A stretch of 30,153 bases of DNA, taken from a virus. Lineage: Duplodnaviria > Caudoviricetes. A model generated the notes under the pieces. The model searched no databases and was not told the DNA's origin. It saw nothing but the letters and a program-made list of their open reading frames with translations. The translations under genes and the position numbers were made by a program. The stretch lies in the IMG/VR virus record IMGVR_UViG_3300044216_001789, positions 1 through 30,153 of that record. One strand, 5' to 3'. Below are positions 8,757 through 17,981 of this stretch, piece by piece (within the stretch, counting starts at the first letter, position 1; every line of letters begins with the position of its first letter).

Positions 8757-8797
8757 ATCATGAAATTACAAAGATATTATCTTAAAAGGAGACAATC

Positions 8798-10819
8798 ATG
8801 CCTAGCACATTCGGCGTTTCACCTGGCGTTCAGGTTAGAGAAGTAGATTTAACGAATGTAGTACCTGCAGTTGCAACATCTATTGGTGCAATCGCTGGAC
8901 CATTCGAAAAAGGCCCTGTTTCTAGTGTCACAACAATTAGTTCCGAAGAGGAGTTAGTAGAGATTTTTGGTAAACCAAATGCTGAAAATTTTGAAGTTTT
9001 CTTTACTGCGGCAAACTTCTTAGGATATACAAATGCCCTAAAAGTTGTTAGAACGGAATCTGGTGTTTTAAACGCTGGTGCAAACAGTGGAGTATTAATC
9101 AGAGATACAGATCATTATTTAAACTCATTTGCAGCAGGTGAAGGTTCACATGGTGAGTGGACTGCAAGAACTGCTGGAACATGGGGTAATTCACTTGGTG
9201 TTTCATTATGTCCAAGTGCAACTGCATACGAACAAATGATTAGTTCATCAAGTCAAACAGTTGGTGAGGATGCTGCAGGTTCAACATCTATCGCTGTTGA
9301 CGATATAGATTTAGCAAGTAATGTTATCGCAGTTGGTGACATCGTATCATTCTTCCAAGATTCAGCAGGTGCGACACCTGTAACTGGTGAGACTGGTAAA
9401 CAATATGAAGTTACTGCTGTTGATACAAGTGCCAACACTATGACAATCAAAAGATTAGATGATCCAAACGGTGGTGGAACATTTAATATTATACCTGATA
9501 ATTCATTCATTAAAAGACGTTGGAGATTTTACGATTTATTCAATGGTGCTCCAGGCACATCATCATACGCAACAAACAATCAAAGAGGTACAAATGACGA
9601 ACTTCATTTTGTTGTTTATGACAGAACTGGTGCAACAACAGGGTTTTCTGTAGATTCAAATGGACAGAGAACAAACTCAGTTATTGAGACATTCTCAAAC
9701 TTATCAAAACACCCTAATGCAAAAAATGAATCTGGTTCATCAATCTATTACCCAGATTATGTTTATGCAAACTCAGAGTTCATTTATTGGACTGATCATA
9801 TTTCTGCAGGCACAAATTGGGGAACTAATTTAACAGGAACAACAGCATTTACAGACGTTATTGTTGTTGTTGTAGATGAACTAACTGGTGGAACAGATGA
9901 TTATGCTGTGACTGCTGGTGAAACAAAAATTGCATATGAAAAGTTTGAAGATGATGCAACTGAAGATGTAAACTTAATTCTTGGTGGTGAATCATCAATC
10001 GTAGCAGATTCACAATCAGCATACGATACACATGCAACAATGATTAACGACATTGTTACTGCAAGAAAAGACTGTCTTGGTTTTGTATCACCTCGTAGAG
10101 GTGCAGTTGTAGGAGTTACAGACTCAGCAACACAAACTCAGAGAGTAAGTGAAGATGCGGCAACTGTTCCAAGTTCATCATTCTTAGTTCTTGATAGTGG
10201 ATACAAATACATGTACGACAAATACAACGATACATTTAGATTTGTACCTCTAAACGGCGATGTTGCTGGAACATGTGCAAGAACAGATGCAGTAGCAGAT
10301 TCATTCTTCTCACCTGCTGGATATAACAGAGGTAGAATTAGAAATGCAATCAAACTTGCTTACAACCCAAATCAAACACAAAGAGATGAGTTGTACAGAG
10401 GAAGAGTCAACCCAGTTATCAATCAACCAGGTCAAGGTGTTGTTCTATTTGGTGATAAAACAGCATTGACAAATCCTTCAGCATTTGATAGAATAAACGT
10501 TAGAAGATTGTTTATCTTATTAGAAAAAGCAATCTCAACAGCTGCTAAATTCCAACTCTTTGAGTTCAACGATGAATTTACAAGAGCTCAGTTTAGAAGT
10601 TTGATTGAACCTTTCCTAAGAGACGTACAAGGTAGAAGAGGTATCACAGACTTTAGAGTTATAGCAGATACAACAAATAACACAGGTGAAGTTATTGATA
10701 GAAACGAATTTGTCGCAGACATCTTTGTAAAACCAAATAGATCAATTAACTTTATCCAACTAAACTTTGTGGCGACACGAACAGGTGTAGCGTTCACTGA
10801 AGTAGCAGGAGCAGTATAA
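8798..10819 (+). CDS. gp18: Tail sheath protein gp18
   Basis: VSPGVQVREVDLT, FFSPAGYNRG, LFGDKT, AFDRINVRRLF, FEFNDEFTR, KPNRSINFIQLNFVATRTGV. Confidence 0.97.
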   Translation: MPSTFGVSPGVQVREVDLTNVVPAVATSIGAIAGPFEKGPVSSVTTISSEEELVEIFGKPNAENFEVFFTAANFLGYTNALKVVRTESGVLNAGANSGVLIRDTDHYLNSFAAGEGSHGEWTARTAGTWGNSLGVSLCPSATAYEQMISSSSQTVGEDAAGSTSIAVDDIDLASNVIAVGDIVSFFQDSAGATPVTGETGKQYEVTAVDTSANTMTIKRLDDPNGGGTFNIIPDNSFIKRRWRFYDLFNGAPGTSSYATNNQRGTNDELHFVVYDRTGATTGFSVDSNGQRTNSVIETFSNLSKHPNAKNESGSSIYYPDYVYANSEFIYWTDHISAGTNWGTNLTGTTAFTDVIVVVVDELTGGTDDYAVTAGETKIAYEKFEDDATEDVNLILGGESSIVADSQSAYDTHATMINDIVTARKDCLGFVSPRRGAVVGVTDSATQTQRVSEDAATVPSSSFLVLDSGYKYMYDKYNDTFRFVPLNGDVAGTCARTDAVADSFFSPAGYNRGRIRNAIKLAYNPNQTQRDELYRGRVNPVINQPGQGVVLFGDKTALTNPSAFDRINVRRLFILLEKAISTAAKFQLFEFNDEFTRAQFRSLIEPFLRDVQGRRGITDFRVIADTTNNTGEVIDRNEFVADIFVKPNRSINFIQLNFVATRTGVAFTEVAGAV

Positions 10820-11349
10820 TGGCAAACATAGACGATTTTAAAGCTAATCTTGCAGGTGGTGGTGCTCGTGCTAATCAGTTCAGAGTAACTATTACACCTC
10901 CAACAGGTATCGCAATTGGTTTAGATGTTAGAAATGCTTCATTCTTATGTAAGGCATCGAACTTACCGGGTCAAACACTTGGAGAGATTCCGGTGCCTTT
11001 CAGAGGAAGAAATGTATATATCGCAGGTGATAGAGAGTTTGAAACTTGGTCAACCACTTTCATCAACGATACGACTTTCAATGTAAGAAATGCTATTGAA
11101 AGGTGGATGAACGGTATCAACGATCTTGCAGAAAACACAGGTGTTACCTCTGCAACTGATTATCAAGCAGACTTGTTTGTTGATCAATTAGATAGAGATG
11201 ATACAGTTCTTAAAACTTATATTTTAAGAGCATGTTTTCCACAGTCAATAGGACAGGTTGACTTATCTTACGATACAACTAATGCATTGGAAGAATTTGA
11301 GGTGACTTGGAGATATCAACACTTTGAAACAAGTGGCGTGAACTTCTAA
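10819..11349 (+). CDS. gp19: Tail tube protein gp19
   Basis: GGGARANQFRV, VPFRGR..IAGDREFETW, QLDR, EEFEVT. Confidence 0.95.
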   Translation: MANIDDFKANLAGGGARANQFRVTITPPTGIAIGLDVRNASFLCKASNLPGQTLGEIPVPFRGRNVYIAGDREFETWSTTFINDTTFNVRNAIERWMNGINDLAENTGVTSATDYQADLFVDQLDRDDTVLKTYILRACFPQSIGQVDLSYDTTNALEEFEVTWRYQHFETSGVNF

Positions 11350-11358
11350 TTTACCTAC

Positions 11359-11366
11359 TATAAATA
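11359..11366 (+). promoter_or_regulatory. Late promoter for gp20, inside a 6-bp inverted repeat
   Basis: TATAAATA flanked by CCTACT (11354-11359) and AGTAGG (11369-11374). Confidence 0.75.
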
Positions 11367-11382
11367 ACAGTAGGAGCTTATT

Positions 11383-12939
11383 ATGGCAGAATTATTCGGA
11401 TTTAAATTCGAGAGAATCAAAGATAGCGATAGCACAGAGAAATTTACTCAACCCTCAGCTGATGACGGAACAGTTGAAATCGCAGGTGGGGGTCACTATG
11501 CTACTGTCTTAGATCAAGACGGAAGAGATAGAAGTGAGTATGATCTCATAAAACGTTATCGAGATATATCACAACAACCAGAGTGCGATAGTGCTATTGA
11601 AGATATTGTTAATGAAGCGATAGTTTCAAACGAAAGAGATCAATCAGTCAATATCGTACTAGACCAACTTCCATACAGAAAAAATGTTAAGGATAAAATA
11701 AGAGAGTGTTTTGATGAAACATTACAACTTTTAGATTTTGATACGAAGGGTCATGACATTTTTAGAAGATGGTATATTGATGGTAGAATATATTATCATA
11801 AAATTATTGATAACAAAAATCCGAAGTTAGGAATAAAAGAAGTAAGATACATCGATCCTAGAAAAATTAAAAAAGTAAAAGAAGTAACTAAAGTTCCTAA
11901 GTCATCTGGGCCAGAGTTAATTAAAAAATCAGTTGATTATTATGTGTATAATGAAAAAGGACATAATATGAATTCTACTCAAGGTGTAAGAATATCACCT
12001 GATGCTATTACATATTGTATATCTGGTTTGACTGATGCAAATAAAAATATAGTTTTATCTTATTTGCATAAAGCAATTAAACCTGTTAATCAGTTAAGAA
12101 TGATTGAAGACTCACTTGTCATTTACAGAATATCAAGAGCACCAGAGAGAAGAATATTTTATATTGATGTAGGTAATTTACCAAAAGTAAAAGCAGAACA
12201 GTATCTAAAAGATGTGATGCAAAGATATCGTAATAAACTTGTTTACGATGCAAAGACGGGTGAGATTCGTGATGATAGAAATCACATGTCAATGTTAGAG
12301 GATTTTTGGTTACCTAGAAGAGAAGGTGGTAGAGGAACAGAGATATCTACATTACCTGGTGGACAAAATTTAGGTGAGATAGATGATATAATTTATTTTC
12401 AAAGAAAATTATATCGTTCACTAAATGTTCCTATTTCAAGATTAGAAGCAGAACAAAACTTTTCTTTAGGTAGAACAACTGAGATAACAAGAGACGAACT
12501 TAAATTTACTAAGTTTGTTCAAAGAATAAGAAAAAAGTTTACACCACTATTTAATGATATTTTAAAATCACAATTAGTTTTAAAAAATGTAATTAATATA
12601 GAGGAGTGGAAAAATATAAAAGAACATATTCAATATGACTTTATGAAAGACGGACACTTTGCTGAGTTGAAAGATGCAGAAATACTAAGAGAGCAATTAG
12701 ATCAACTTGGTCAAGTTGAAGGTTATGTTGGAACATTTTTCTCAAAATTATGGGTACAAAAAAATATCCTTAAATTAACAGACTATGAGATTGAGGAAAT
12801 GAGAAAACAAATTAATATAGAAGCAGGTAATCCACCAGACGAAGGTGGAGTAAATATTGGTGATAACGATGGTATAACAAATGAACCAATAAAGACACAA
12901 GAACCTGAACAACCACAAGGAGATGATAATGAGCAGTAA
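11383..12939 (+). CDS. gp20: Portal protein gp20
   Basis: LFGF N-terminus, SYLHKAIKPVNQLRMIEDSLVIYRISRAPERRIFYIDVGNLPK, EDFWLPRREGGRGTEI. Confidence 0.97.
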   Translation: MAELFGFKFERIKDSDSTEKFTQPSADDGTVEIAGGGHYATVLDQDGRDRSEYDLIKRYRDISQQPECDSAIEDIVNEAIVSNERDQSVNIVLDQLPYRKNVKDKIRECFDETLQLLDFDTKGHDIFRRWYIDGRIYYHKIIDNKNPKLGIKEVRYIDPRKIKKVKEVTKVPKSSGPELIKKSVDYYVYNEKGHNMNSTQGVRISPDAITYCISGLTDANKNIVLSYLHKAIKPVNQLRMIEDSLVIYRISRAPERRIFYIDVGNLPKVKAEQYLKDVMQRYRNKLVYDAKTGEIRDDRNHMSMLEDFWLPRREGGRGTEISTLPGGQNLGEIDDIIYFQRKLYRSLNVPISRLEAEQNFSLGRTTEITRDELKFTKFVQRIRKKFTPLFNDILKSQLVLKNVINIEEWKNIKEHIQYDFMKDGHFAELKDAEILREQLDQLGQVEGYVGTFFSKLWVQKNILKLTDYEIEEMRKQINIEAGNPPDEGGVNIGDNDGITNEPIKTQEPEQPQGDDNEQ

Positions 12940-13141
12940 AGATGTAGTTGACGCACTTGCAAAAGGAAAGACATTAGATGCTGAAGATGCATTTAAAGGA
13001 ACTATGAAAGATAAGATTGCAGACGCAATAGAAACAAAAAAAGTTGAAGTTGCACAAAGTTTTGTCAAAAATCACTTACCTGACGAAACTGAAAACGAAA
13101 CACAACCTGAAACACAACCAGAAGAAAAGGATGATGAATAA
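12929..13141 (+). CDS. Small acidic prohead core protein (gp67-like by position)
   Basis: Directly after the portal gene; AAGGAG RBS 6 nt before ATG 12929; acidic tail with an ETQP-ETQP repeat. Confidence 0.6.
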   Translation: MSSKDVVDALAKGKTLDAEDAFKGTMKDKIADAIETKKVEVAQSFVKNHLPDETENETQPETQPEEKDDE

Positions 13142-13385
13142 ATTTAACGACTTATATACATCTATTTTCGAAAAAGATGAACACAAAAAGTCAAAATCTT
13201 ATCGGAAACTTGCGCCAAAAATGAAGAAAGCAGTAGATGAATTGTTTAAAAAGCTTGATACTAAGGGCTCAAATTTCCTAAATAATTTTGAGAAAACAAT
13301 ATCTGATGTTTCGAAAAGGTATCGTGTGCCTGAAAAACAGTTATACGATTATTTTGAAAATGAAGCAATGGATATTTTAAAGTAA
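13131..13385 (+). CDS. Small protein in the prohead core cluster (gp68-like position)
   Basis: Start at ATG 13131 or 13134, overlapping the upstream stop; helical, charged; assignment by synteny only. Confidence 0.5.
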   Translation: MMNKFNDLYTSIFEKDEHKKSKSYRKLAPKMKKAVDELFKKLDTKGSNFLNNFEKTISDVSKRYRVPEKQLYDYFENEAMDILK

Positions 13386-13392
13386 GGAAAAC

Positions 13393-13776
13393 ATGGCATT
13401 AGTTACACAAGAATTAAGAGATTCAGATTTTGAGACAGTAATCAAAGTCACAACAACATCTACAAACTCAGCCGCAAGTATTTTAGACGCTTCTGCCTTA
13501 ACAGGTGCATCTACTGATCCTAGATTATCATTAGTATCATGTAGTTGGTCAGTCGCATCAACAACTGATATTTTATTTGACGCAACATCTAATGTTGTCG
13601 CATTATCATTAAATGGTAGTGGACATTTCAATACACAAGCAGTTGGATTGCCTGCAATAGCAAACAATGCCGGCAGTGGTGTTACTGGTGATGTTTTATT
13701 AACAAATGGATCTGCTTCAGTAGGATTCATAATATTAAAATTTAGAAAGACTTCGGGGTTTGATAACTTAAGCTAA
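13393..13776 (+). CDS. Hypothetical protein, probably virion structural (beta-rich)
   Basis: AAGGA RBS; Ala/Ser/Thr/Gly-rich composition like the structural genes; stop overlaps the gp21 start. Confidence 0.6.
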   Translation: MALVTQELRDSDFETVIKVTTTSTNSAASILDASALTGASTDPRLSLVSCSWSVASTTDILFDATSNVVALSLNGSGHFNTQAVGLPAIANNAGSGVTGDVLLTNGSASVGFIILKFRKTSGFDNLS

Positions 13777-14438
13777 TGAATACAGTAAAACTTATTACAG
13801 AGGCGAATGACTTTAGTACGTCAAACTATATTATAGAAGAAAAAGATAATGGCAAAAAAGATTACAAAATAAAAGGTATCTTTATGCAATCTAACATAAA
13901 GAATAGAAACGGAAGGGTTTACCCACGTGATGTTCTTATGAAAGAAGTAAAAAACTATGACTCAAAGTTTATCCAAAAGAATAGAGCTTTTGGCGAACTT
14001 GGTCACCCAGATGGTCCAACTGTAAACTTAGACAGAGTATCACATATGATTACAAGTCTAAAACCAGAGGGTGATAATTTTATAGGAGAAGCTAAGATAA
14101 TGTCAACACCTATGGGTGAGATTGTTAAATCACTTATGGATGAGGGTGCAACATTAGGAGTTTCATCAAGAGGTATGGGGAGTTTAGACCAAAAAGGTGG
14201 TGTAAACTATGTGAAAAGCGATTTTAAACTTGCAACAGCAGGTGATATTGTTGCAGATCCATCAGCACCTTCCGCCTTCGTAGAGGGCATCATGGAAGGT
14301 AAAGAATGGGTTTGGGATCATGGATCACTTGTAGAGGCACAAGTTTATGAAATGAAAGAAAGAATTGACAAAAGAGTTAGAGCAAGACAAAATAAGGAAC
14401 AAGCACTAGAGTTTGCTAAGTTTCTTAAAATGCTTTAA
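13776..14438 (+). CDS. gp21: Prohead protease gp21
   Basis: IKGIFMQ, KNRNGRVYP, GELGHPDGP, GVSSRGMGS, DIVADPSAP. Confidence 0.96.
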   Translation: MNTVKLITEANDFSTSNYIIEEKDNGKKDYKIKGIFMQSNIKNRNGRVYPRDVLMKEVKNYDSKFIQKNRAFGELGHPDGPTVNLDRVSHMITSLKPEGDNFIGEAKIMSTPMGEIVKSLMDEGATLGVSSRGMGSLDQKGGVNYVKSDFKLATAGDIVADPSAPSAFVEGIMEGKEWVWDHGSLVEAQVYEMKERIDKRVRARQNKEQALEFAKFLKML

Positions 14439-14440
14439 TT

Positions 14441-14462
14441 TATAAATAATTATGTATAAATA
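14441..14462 (+). promoter_or_regulatory. Tandem late promoters upstream of gp22
   Basis: TATAAATA at 14441-14448 and at 14455-14462. Confidence 0.8.
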
Positions 14463-14483
14463 CAATAAAAGGAGAACATCCCC

Positions 14484-15950
14484 ATGGCTAACGAACTAGA
14501 CAAAACCATTGAGGAATTAGAAGCGGAAGTTTTGGCTGAACTCGAAGAAGCCGCACACGATGCTCCTAAAAAGAATGCTGGCCCAAGCGATCCTATGGTT
14601 GCTGCTCCAAAAGATGGTGCAACAAACGTAGAAAAAGGTGCTAAACCTGCTGAAGTGGGTGCTTCATCTGTTGCTGCTGGGAAATCCGGTAAAGAGATTA
14701 CTAATGACCCTGCACAAAAGGGTGAAGTTCCAGCAGAACCTCAACCAAAATTAAAAGAGAAAAAACATAAACAAGAAGGAATGCACGATCTGAATAAAGA
14801 AGGTATGCATAAAATGGAAAAAGTCCATAAAATGGAAAAAGTCCATAAAGAAGGTGCTCATGAAGACGATGAGGACAAGAAAAAACTAAAAGCTGGCGCT
14901 CACGATAAAGATGAGGACGAAATGAATGCTGATAGTGGTATGGAAGGTATGCATAAGGAAATGGATCATGACAAGATGAAAGAGGATATGATGAAGGCTA
15001 TGAAGTCTATGAAAAAAGACGACATGGTTGAATTATATGCAACTTACATGAAGAACGCTATGAACATGACCAAAGATGAGATGTATAAAGAGATGATGAA
15101 CGGAATGGACAAGATGACTAAAGGCAAAATGGAAAAACTTCATGCTGCTTATCATTCCGAAATGGGTCATCCAAACGATGACGAGAAAGATGCAAAGACT
15201 GAAGAAAGACTAGCATCTGTAAACGTTAAAGAACACGTTGACGCATTACTATCATCTGATAGCAATCTTTCAGAAGAATTTAAAGTTAAAGCTGCAACAA
15301 TTTTTGAAACTGCTGTAAAATCTAAGATCAGAGAAGAGATCAAAAGATTAGAAGAAGAATATCAGTCAGAATTAAGAACTGAAGTTGCTGATGTACACGA
15401 AACTTTAACAGACAAAGTTGATAACTATTTAAACTATGTCGTTGAAGAGTGGATGAAAGAAAACGAACTTGCTCTTGAGCGTGGTCTCAAAGGCGAAATC
15501 GCTGAAGATTTCATCTCAGGTCTAAAAACATTGTTTGAAGATCATTACATCGATGTGCCTGACGAAAAGTACGATGTACTTGAGGCACAAGCTGATAAAA
15601 TTTCTAAATTAGAAGAAAAGTTAGAAAAAACAATTCAAGAAGTTGTTGAATCTAAAAAATCTAACGGATCACTAATCAAGGAAAAGGTTATTAAAGATGT
15701 TACATCTGATTTAACCGATACAGAAATTGAAAAATTTGAGTCTCTTGCTCAAGACGTAGAATACACTGAAGAGGGTGTTTACACTGAAAAGTTAAATACA
15801 CTTAAAGAATCCTACTTCCCAAAACAGAAGGTTCAAACCGAAACACATGATGAAGTAGAAACTGGCACCGCTGTAGAGGACTTGAACGAAGACAGTTCAA
15901 TTGCAGCCTATATGTCTGCAATTGGCAGAACAGTCAAGAGTGCGAAATAA
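14484..15950 (+). CDS. gp22: Prohead core scaffold protein gp22 with long His/Met-rich N-terminal extension
   Basis: C-terminal LSEEFKVKAATIFETAV, KVDNYLNYVVEEWMKENELA, LKTLFEDHYIDVPDEK, LKESYF; located between gp21 and gp23. Confidence 0.93.
   Translation: MANELDKTIEELEAEVLAELEEAAHDAPKKNAGPSDPMVAAPKDGATNVEKGAKPAEVGASSVAAGKSGKEITNDPAQKGEVPAEPQPKLKEKKHKQEGMHDLNKEGMHKMEKVHKMEKVHKEGAHEDDEDKKKLKAGAHDKDEDEMNADSGMEGMHKEMDHDKMKEDMMKAMKSMKKDDMVELYATYMKNAMNMTKDEMYKEMMNGMDKMTKGKMEKLHAAYHSEMGHPNDDEKDAKTEERLASVNVKEHVDALLSSDSNLSEEFKVKAATIFETAVKSKIREEIKRLEEEYQSELRTEVADVHETLTDKVDNYLNYVVEEWMKENELALERGLKGEIAEDFISGLKTLFEDHYIDVPDEKYDVLEAQADKISKLEEKLEKTIQEVVESKKSNGSLIKEKVIKDVTSDLTDTEIEKFESLAQDVEYTEEGVYTEKLNTLKESYFPKQKVQTETHDEVETGTAVEDLNEDSSIAAYMSAIGRTVKSAK
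14808..14849 (+). repeat. 18-bp in-frame tandem repeat (CATAAAATGGAAAAAGTC, about 2.3 copies) encoding HKMEKV
   Basis: Two exact copies (14808-14825, 14826-14843) plus CATAAA. Confidence 0.9.
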
Positions 15951-15956
15951 TAAATA
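15949..15956 (+). promoter_or_regulatory. Probable late promoter for gp23
   Basis: AATAAATA overlapping the gp22 stop; GAGGAG RBS downstream. Confidence 0.65.
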
Positions 15957-15979
15957 GTAAGATATAAGAGGAGAGACAA

Positions 15980-17299
15980 ATGTTTCAAACACAAAACTTA
16001 CAAGAGAAGTGGCAGCCAGTCCTTGAGCATCCCGAATTACCAAAGATCGATGATGCCTACAGACGAGCTGTTACTACTGTCATCTTGGAAAACCAAGAAA
16101 AAGCGTTAAGAGAAGACAGAGCGTTCTTAGGTGAAGCTGCACCAACAAACGCAACTGGTTCTTCAATTGACAATTGGGACCCAATCCTAATTTCATTAGT
16201 AAGACAATCAATGCCAAACCTTATTGCATACGATGTCTGTGGTGTTCAGCCAATGACTGGCCCAACAGGTCTTATCTTTGCAATGAGAGCAAGAGCAAAA
16301 TCACAAGCAGGCGCACAAGCGTTATTTGATGAAGAAATTCCATTTCTTTCTAACCAAGACGCTGCAGGCGACACAGGTGCCGGTGATCAGTCAGGTACTA
16401 ACCCTGCTGTTCTTAACGATTCACCTGCTGGAACTTACACATCTGCTACTGGTCAAACAACTGCACAGGCAGAAGCTTTAGGTGATACTACAGCTGACGC
16501 TTTCGCAGAAATGGCATTCTCAATCGAGAAACATACTGTAACAGCAGTATCAAGAGCTCTAAAAGCAGAGTACACAATGGAACTTGCACAAGATCTTAAA
16601 GCAATCCATGGTTTAGACGCTGAAACTGAGCTTGCAAACATCTTATCAGCAGAAATCTTAACAGAGATTAACAGAGAAGTTATAAGAAACATCTATGTAT
16701 CAGCTGTAAAAGGTGCTCAAGTTAATACAACAAATGCAGGTATCTTTGACTTAGACACAGACTCAAACGGTCGTTGGTCTGTAGAAAAGTTCAAAGGACT
16801 TTTATTTGGACTTGAGAGAGATGCAAACGCAATCGGTCAAGAGACACGTAGAGGTAAAGGAAACATCATCATCACATCTGCTGATGTTGCTTCTGCACTT
16901 CAAATGGCTGGTGTTCTTGATTACACACCTGCATTATCAACTAACTTAAACGTAGATGATACATCAACAACTTTCGCTGGTGTATTAAACGGTAGATACA
17001 GAGTATATGTAGATCCATATGCTGCAAACGTATCTGCTTCACAATACTACATTGTTGGTTACAAAGGTACATCACCTTATGATGCTGGTATGTTCTATTG
17101 CCCATATGTTCCACTACAAATGGTGAGAGCAGTTGGTGAGAACACATTCCAACCAAAGATTGGCTTTAAAACTCGATACGGTATCGCTGCAAACCCATTC
17201 CACCTAGGTCAAAGAGCCGCAGGTGAAGATGGAGCGATCACAATCGTTGCAAATACTAACAAGTATTACAGAAGAGTTAAAGTTGCAAACTTAATGTAA
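15980..17299 (+). CDS. gp23: Major capsid protein gp23
   Basis: DPILISLVR, CGVQPMTGPTGLIFAMR, ELAQDLKAIHGLDAETEL, FYCPYVPLQMVRAV, FQPKIGFKTRYG; likely maturation site LGE/AAP at residue 52. Confidence 0.98.
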   Translation: MFQTQNLQEKWQPVLEHPELPKIDDAYRRAVTTVILENQEKALREDRAFLGEAAPTNATGSSIDNWDPILISLVRQSMPNLIAYDVCGVQPMTGPTGLIFAMRARAKSQAGAQALFDEEIPFLSNQDAAGDTGAGDQSGTNPAVLNDSPAGTYTSATGQTTAQAEALGDTTADAFAEMAFSIEKHTVTAVSRALKAEYTMELAQDLKAIHGLDAETELANILSAEILTEINREVIRNIYVSAVKGAQVNTTNAGIFDLDTDSNGRWSVEKFKGLLFGLERDANAIGQETRRGKGNIIITSADVASALQMAGVLDYTPALSTNLNVDDTSTTFAGVLNGRYRVYVDPYAANVSASQYYIVGYKGTSPYDAGMFYCPYVPLQMVRAVGENTFQPKIGFKTRYGIAANPFHLGQRAAGEDGAITIVANTNKYYRRVKVANLM

Positions 17300-17321
17300 T
17301 CTCGATTACAACAAAAATTAG

Positions 17322-17345
17322 AGGGGGCTTCGGCCCCCTTTTTTA
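17322..17345 (+). terminator. Rho-independent terminator with a C(UUCG)G tetraloop
   Basis: AGGGGGC-TTCG-GCCCCCT followed by a T tract, right after gp23. Confidence 0.93.
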
Positions 17346-17350
17346 TTTCT

Positions 17351-17358
17351 ACTAAATA
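17351..17358 (+). promoter_or_regulatory. Late promoter variant for gp3
   Basis: ACTAAATA between the terminator and ATG 17364 (5-nt gap, no RBS). Confidence 0.6.
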
Positions 17359-17363
17359 ATATC

Positions 17364-17945
17364 ATGGCGACAGTTTCAAGACAACCAACAACAATGGACT
17401 ACGTAAGTCCTACACAGTTTAAATTTACAATAACTCAAATACCTAAAGTTGAGTTTTTTGTAACTAATTGTAATCTACCTGGTATTAGTTTAGGGGAAAC
17501 AATATTTCCTACACCATTTAAACCAATACCTGTACAGGGTGACGAACTAACATTTGATAATCTAACAATAGGGTTTCAAGTGTCAGAAAACTTAGAAAAC
17601 TATATTGAATTACATAACTGGTTATTAGCGATTGGATTTCCTAAGTCAAGACAACAATTCGCAACACATAGAAGTACAACATCAAACACATCAAACGTTA
17701 CAAGAAAAGATACTACTAACGATATCGGTAAAGTACAACTACAAACACCTGCTAACCCAATGTTTTCAGATGCAACATTAACAATACTTTCAAATAAAAA
17801 TAATCCTTTAGTTGAAGTAAGATTTGAAGATTTATACCCAACAACATTATCAGCGTTAGAGTTTACACAAGAAGAAACAGATGTTACTTACATAAAAGCA
17901 ACATCAGAATTTACATATAAATATTACGAAATAATCACATTATAA
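17364..17945 (+). CDS. gp3: Tail completion / tube terminator gp3
   Basis: SPTQFKF, PKVEFF, NLPGISLG, ENLENYIELHNWL, SDATLTIL; position after gp23 matches marine T4-like phages. Confidence 0.8.
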   Translation: MATVSRQPTTMDYVSPTQFKFTITQIPKVEFFVTNCNLPGISLGETIFPTPFKPIPVQGDELTFDNLTIGFQVSENLENYIELHNWLLAIGFPKSRQQFATHRSTTSNTSNVTRKDTTNDIGKVQLQTPANPMFSDATLTILSNKNNPLVEVRFEDLYPTTLSALEFTQEETDVTYIKATSEFTYKYYEIITL

Positions 17946-17974
17946 TTGACTTTTAGTTAATATTATGTTAGGAT
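17946..17974 (+). promoter_or_regulatory. Sigma70-like (early/middle) promoter for uvsY
   Basis: TTGACT-17 bp-TAGGAT with extended TGn. Confidence 0.65.
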
Positions 17975-17981
17975 ACTTATT

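Noticed and set aside
8603-8785. 60-aa plus-strand ORF before gp18
   Set aside because: It overlaps the HNH-like gene antisense and runs through AT-rich promoter DNA; no protein-like features
13097-13120. 12-bp near-tandem repeat (ETQP twice)
   Set aside because: Ordinary slippage in a disordered acidic tail
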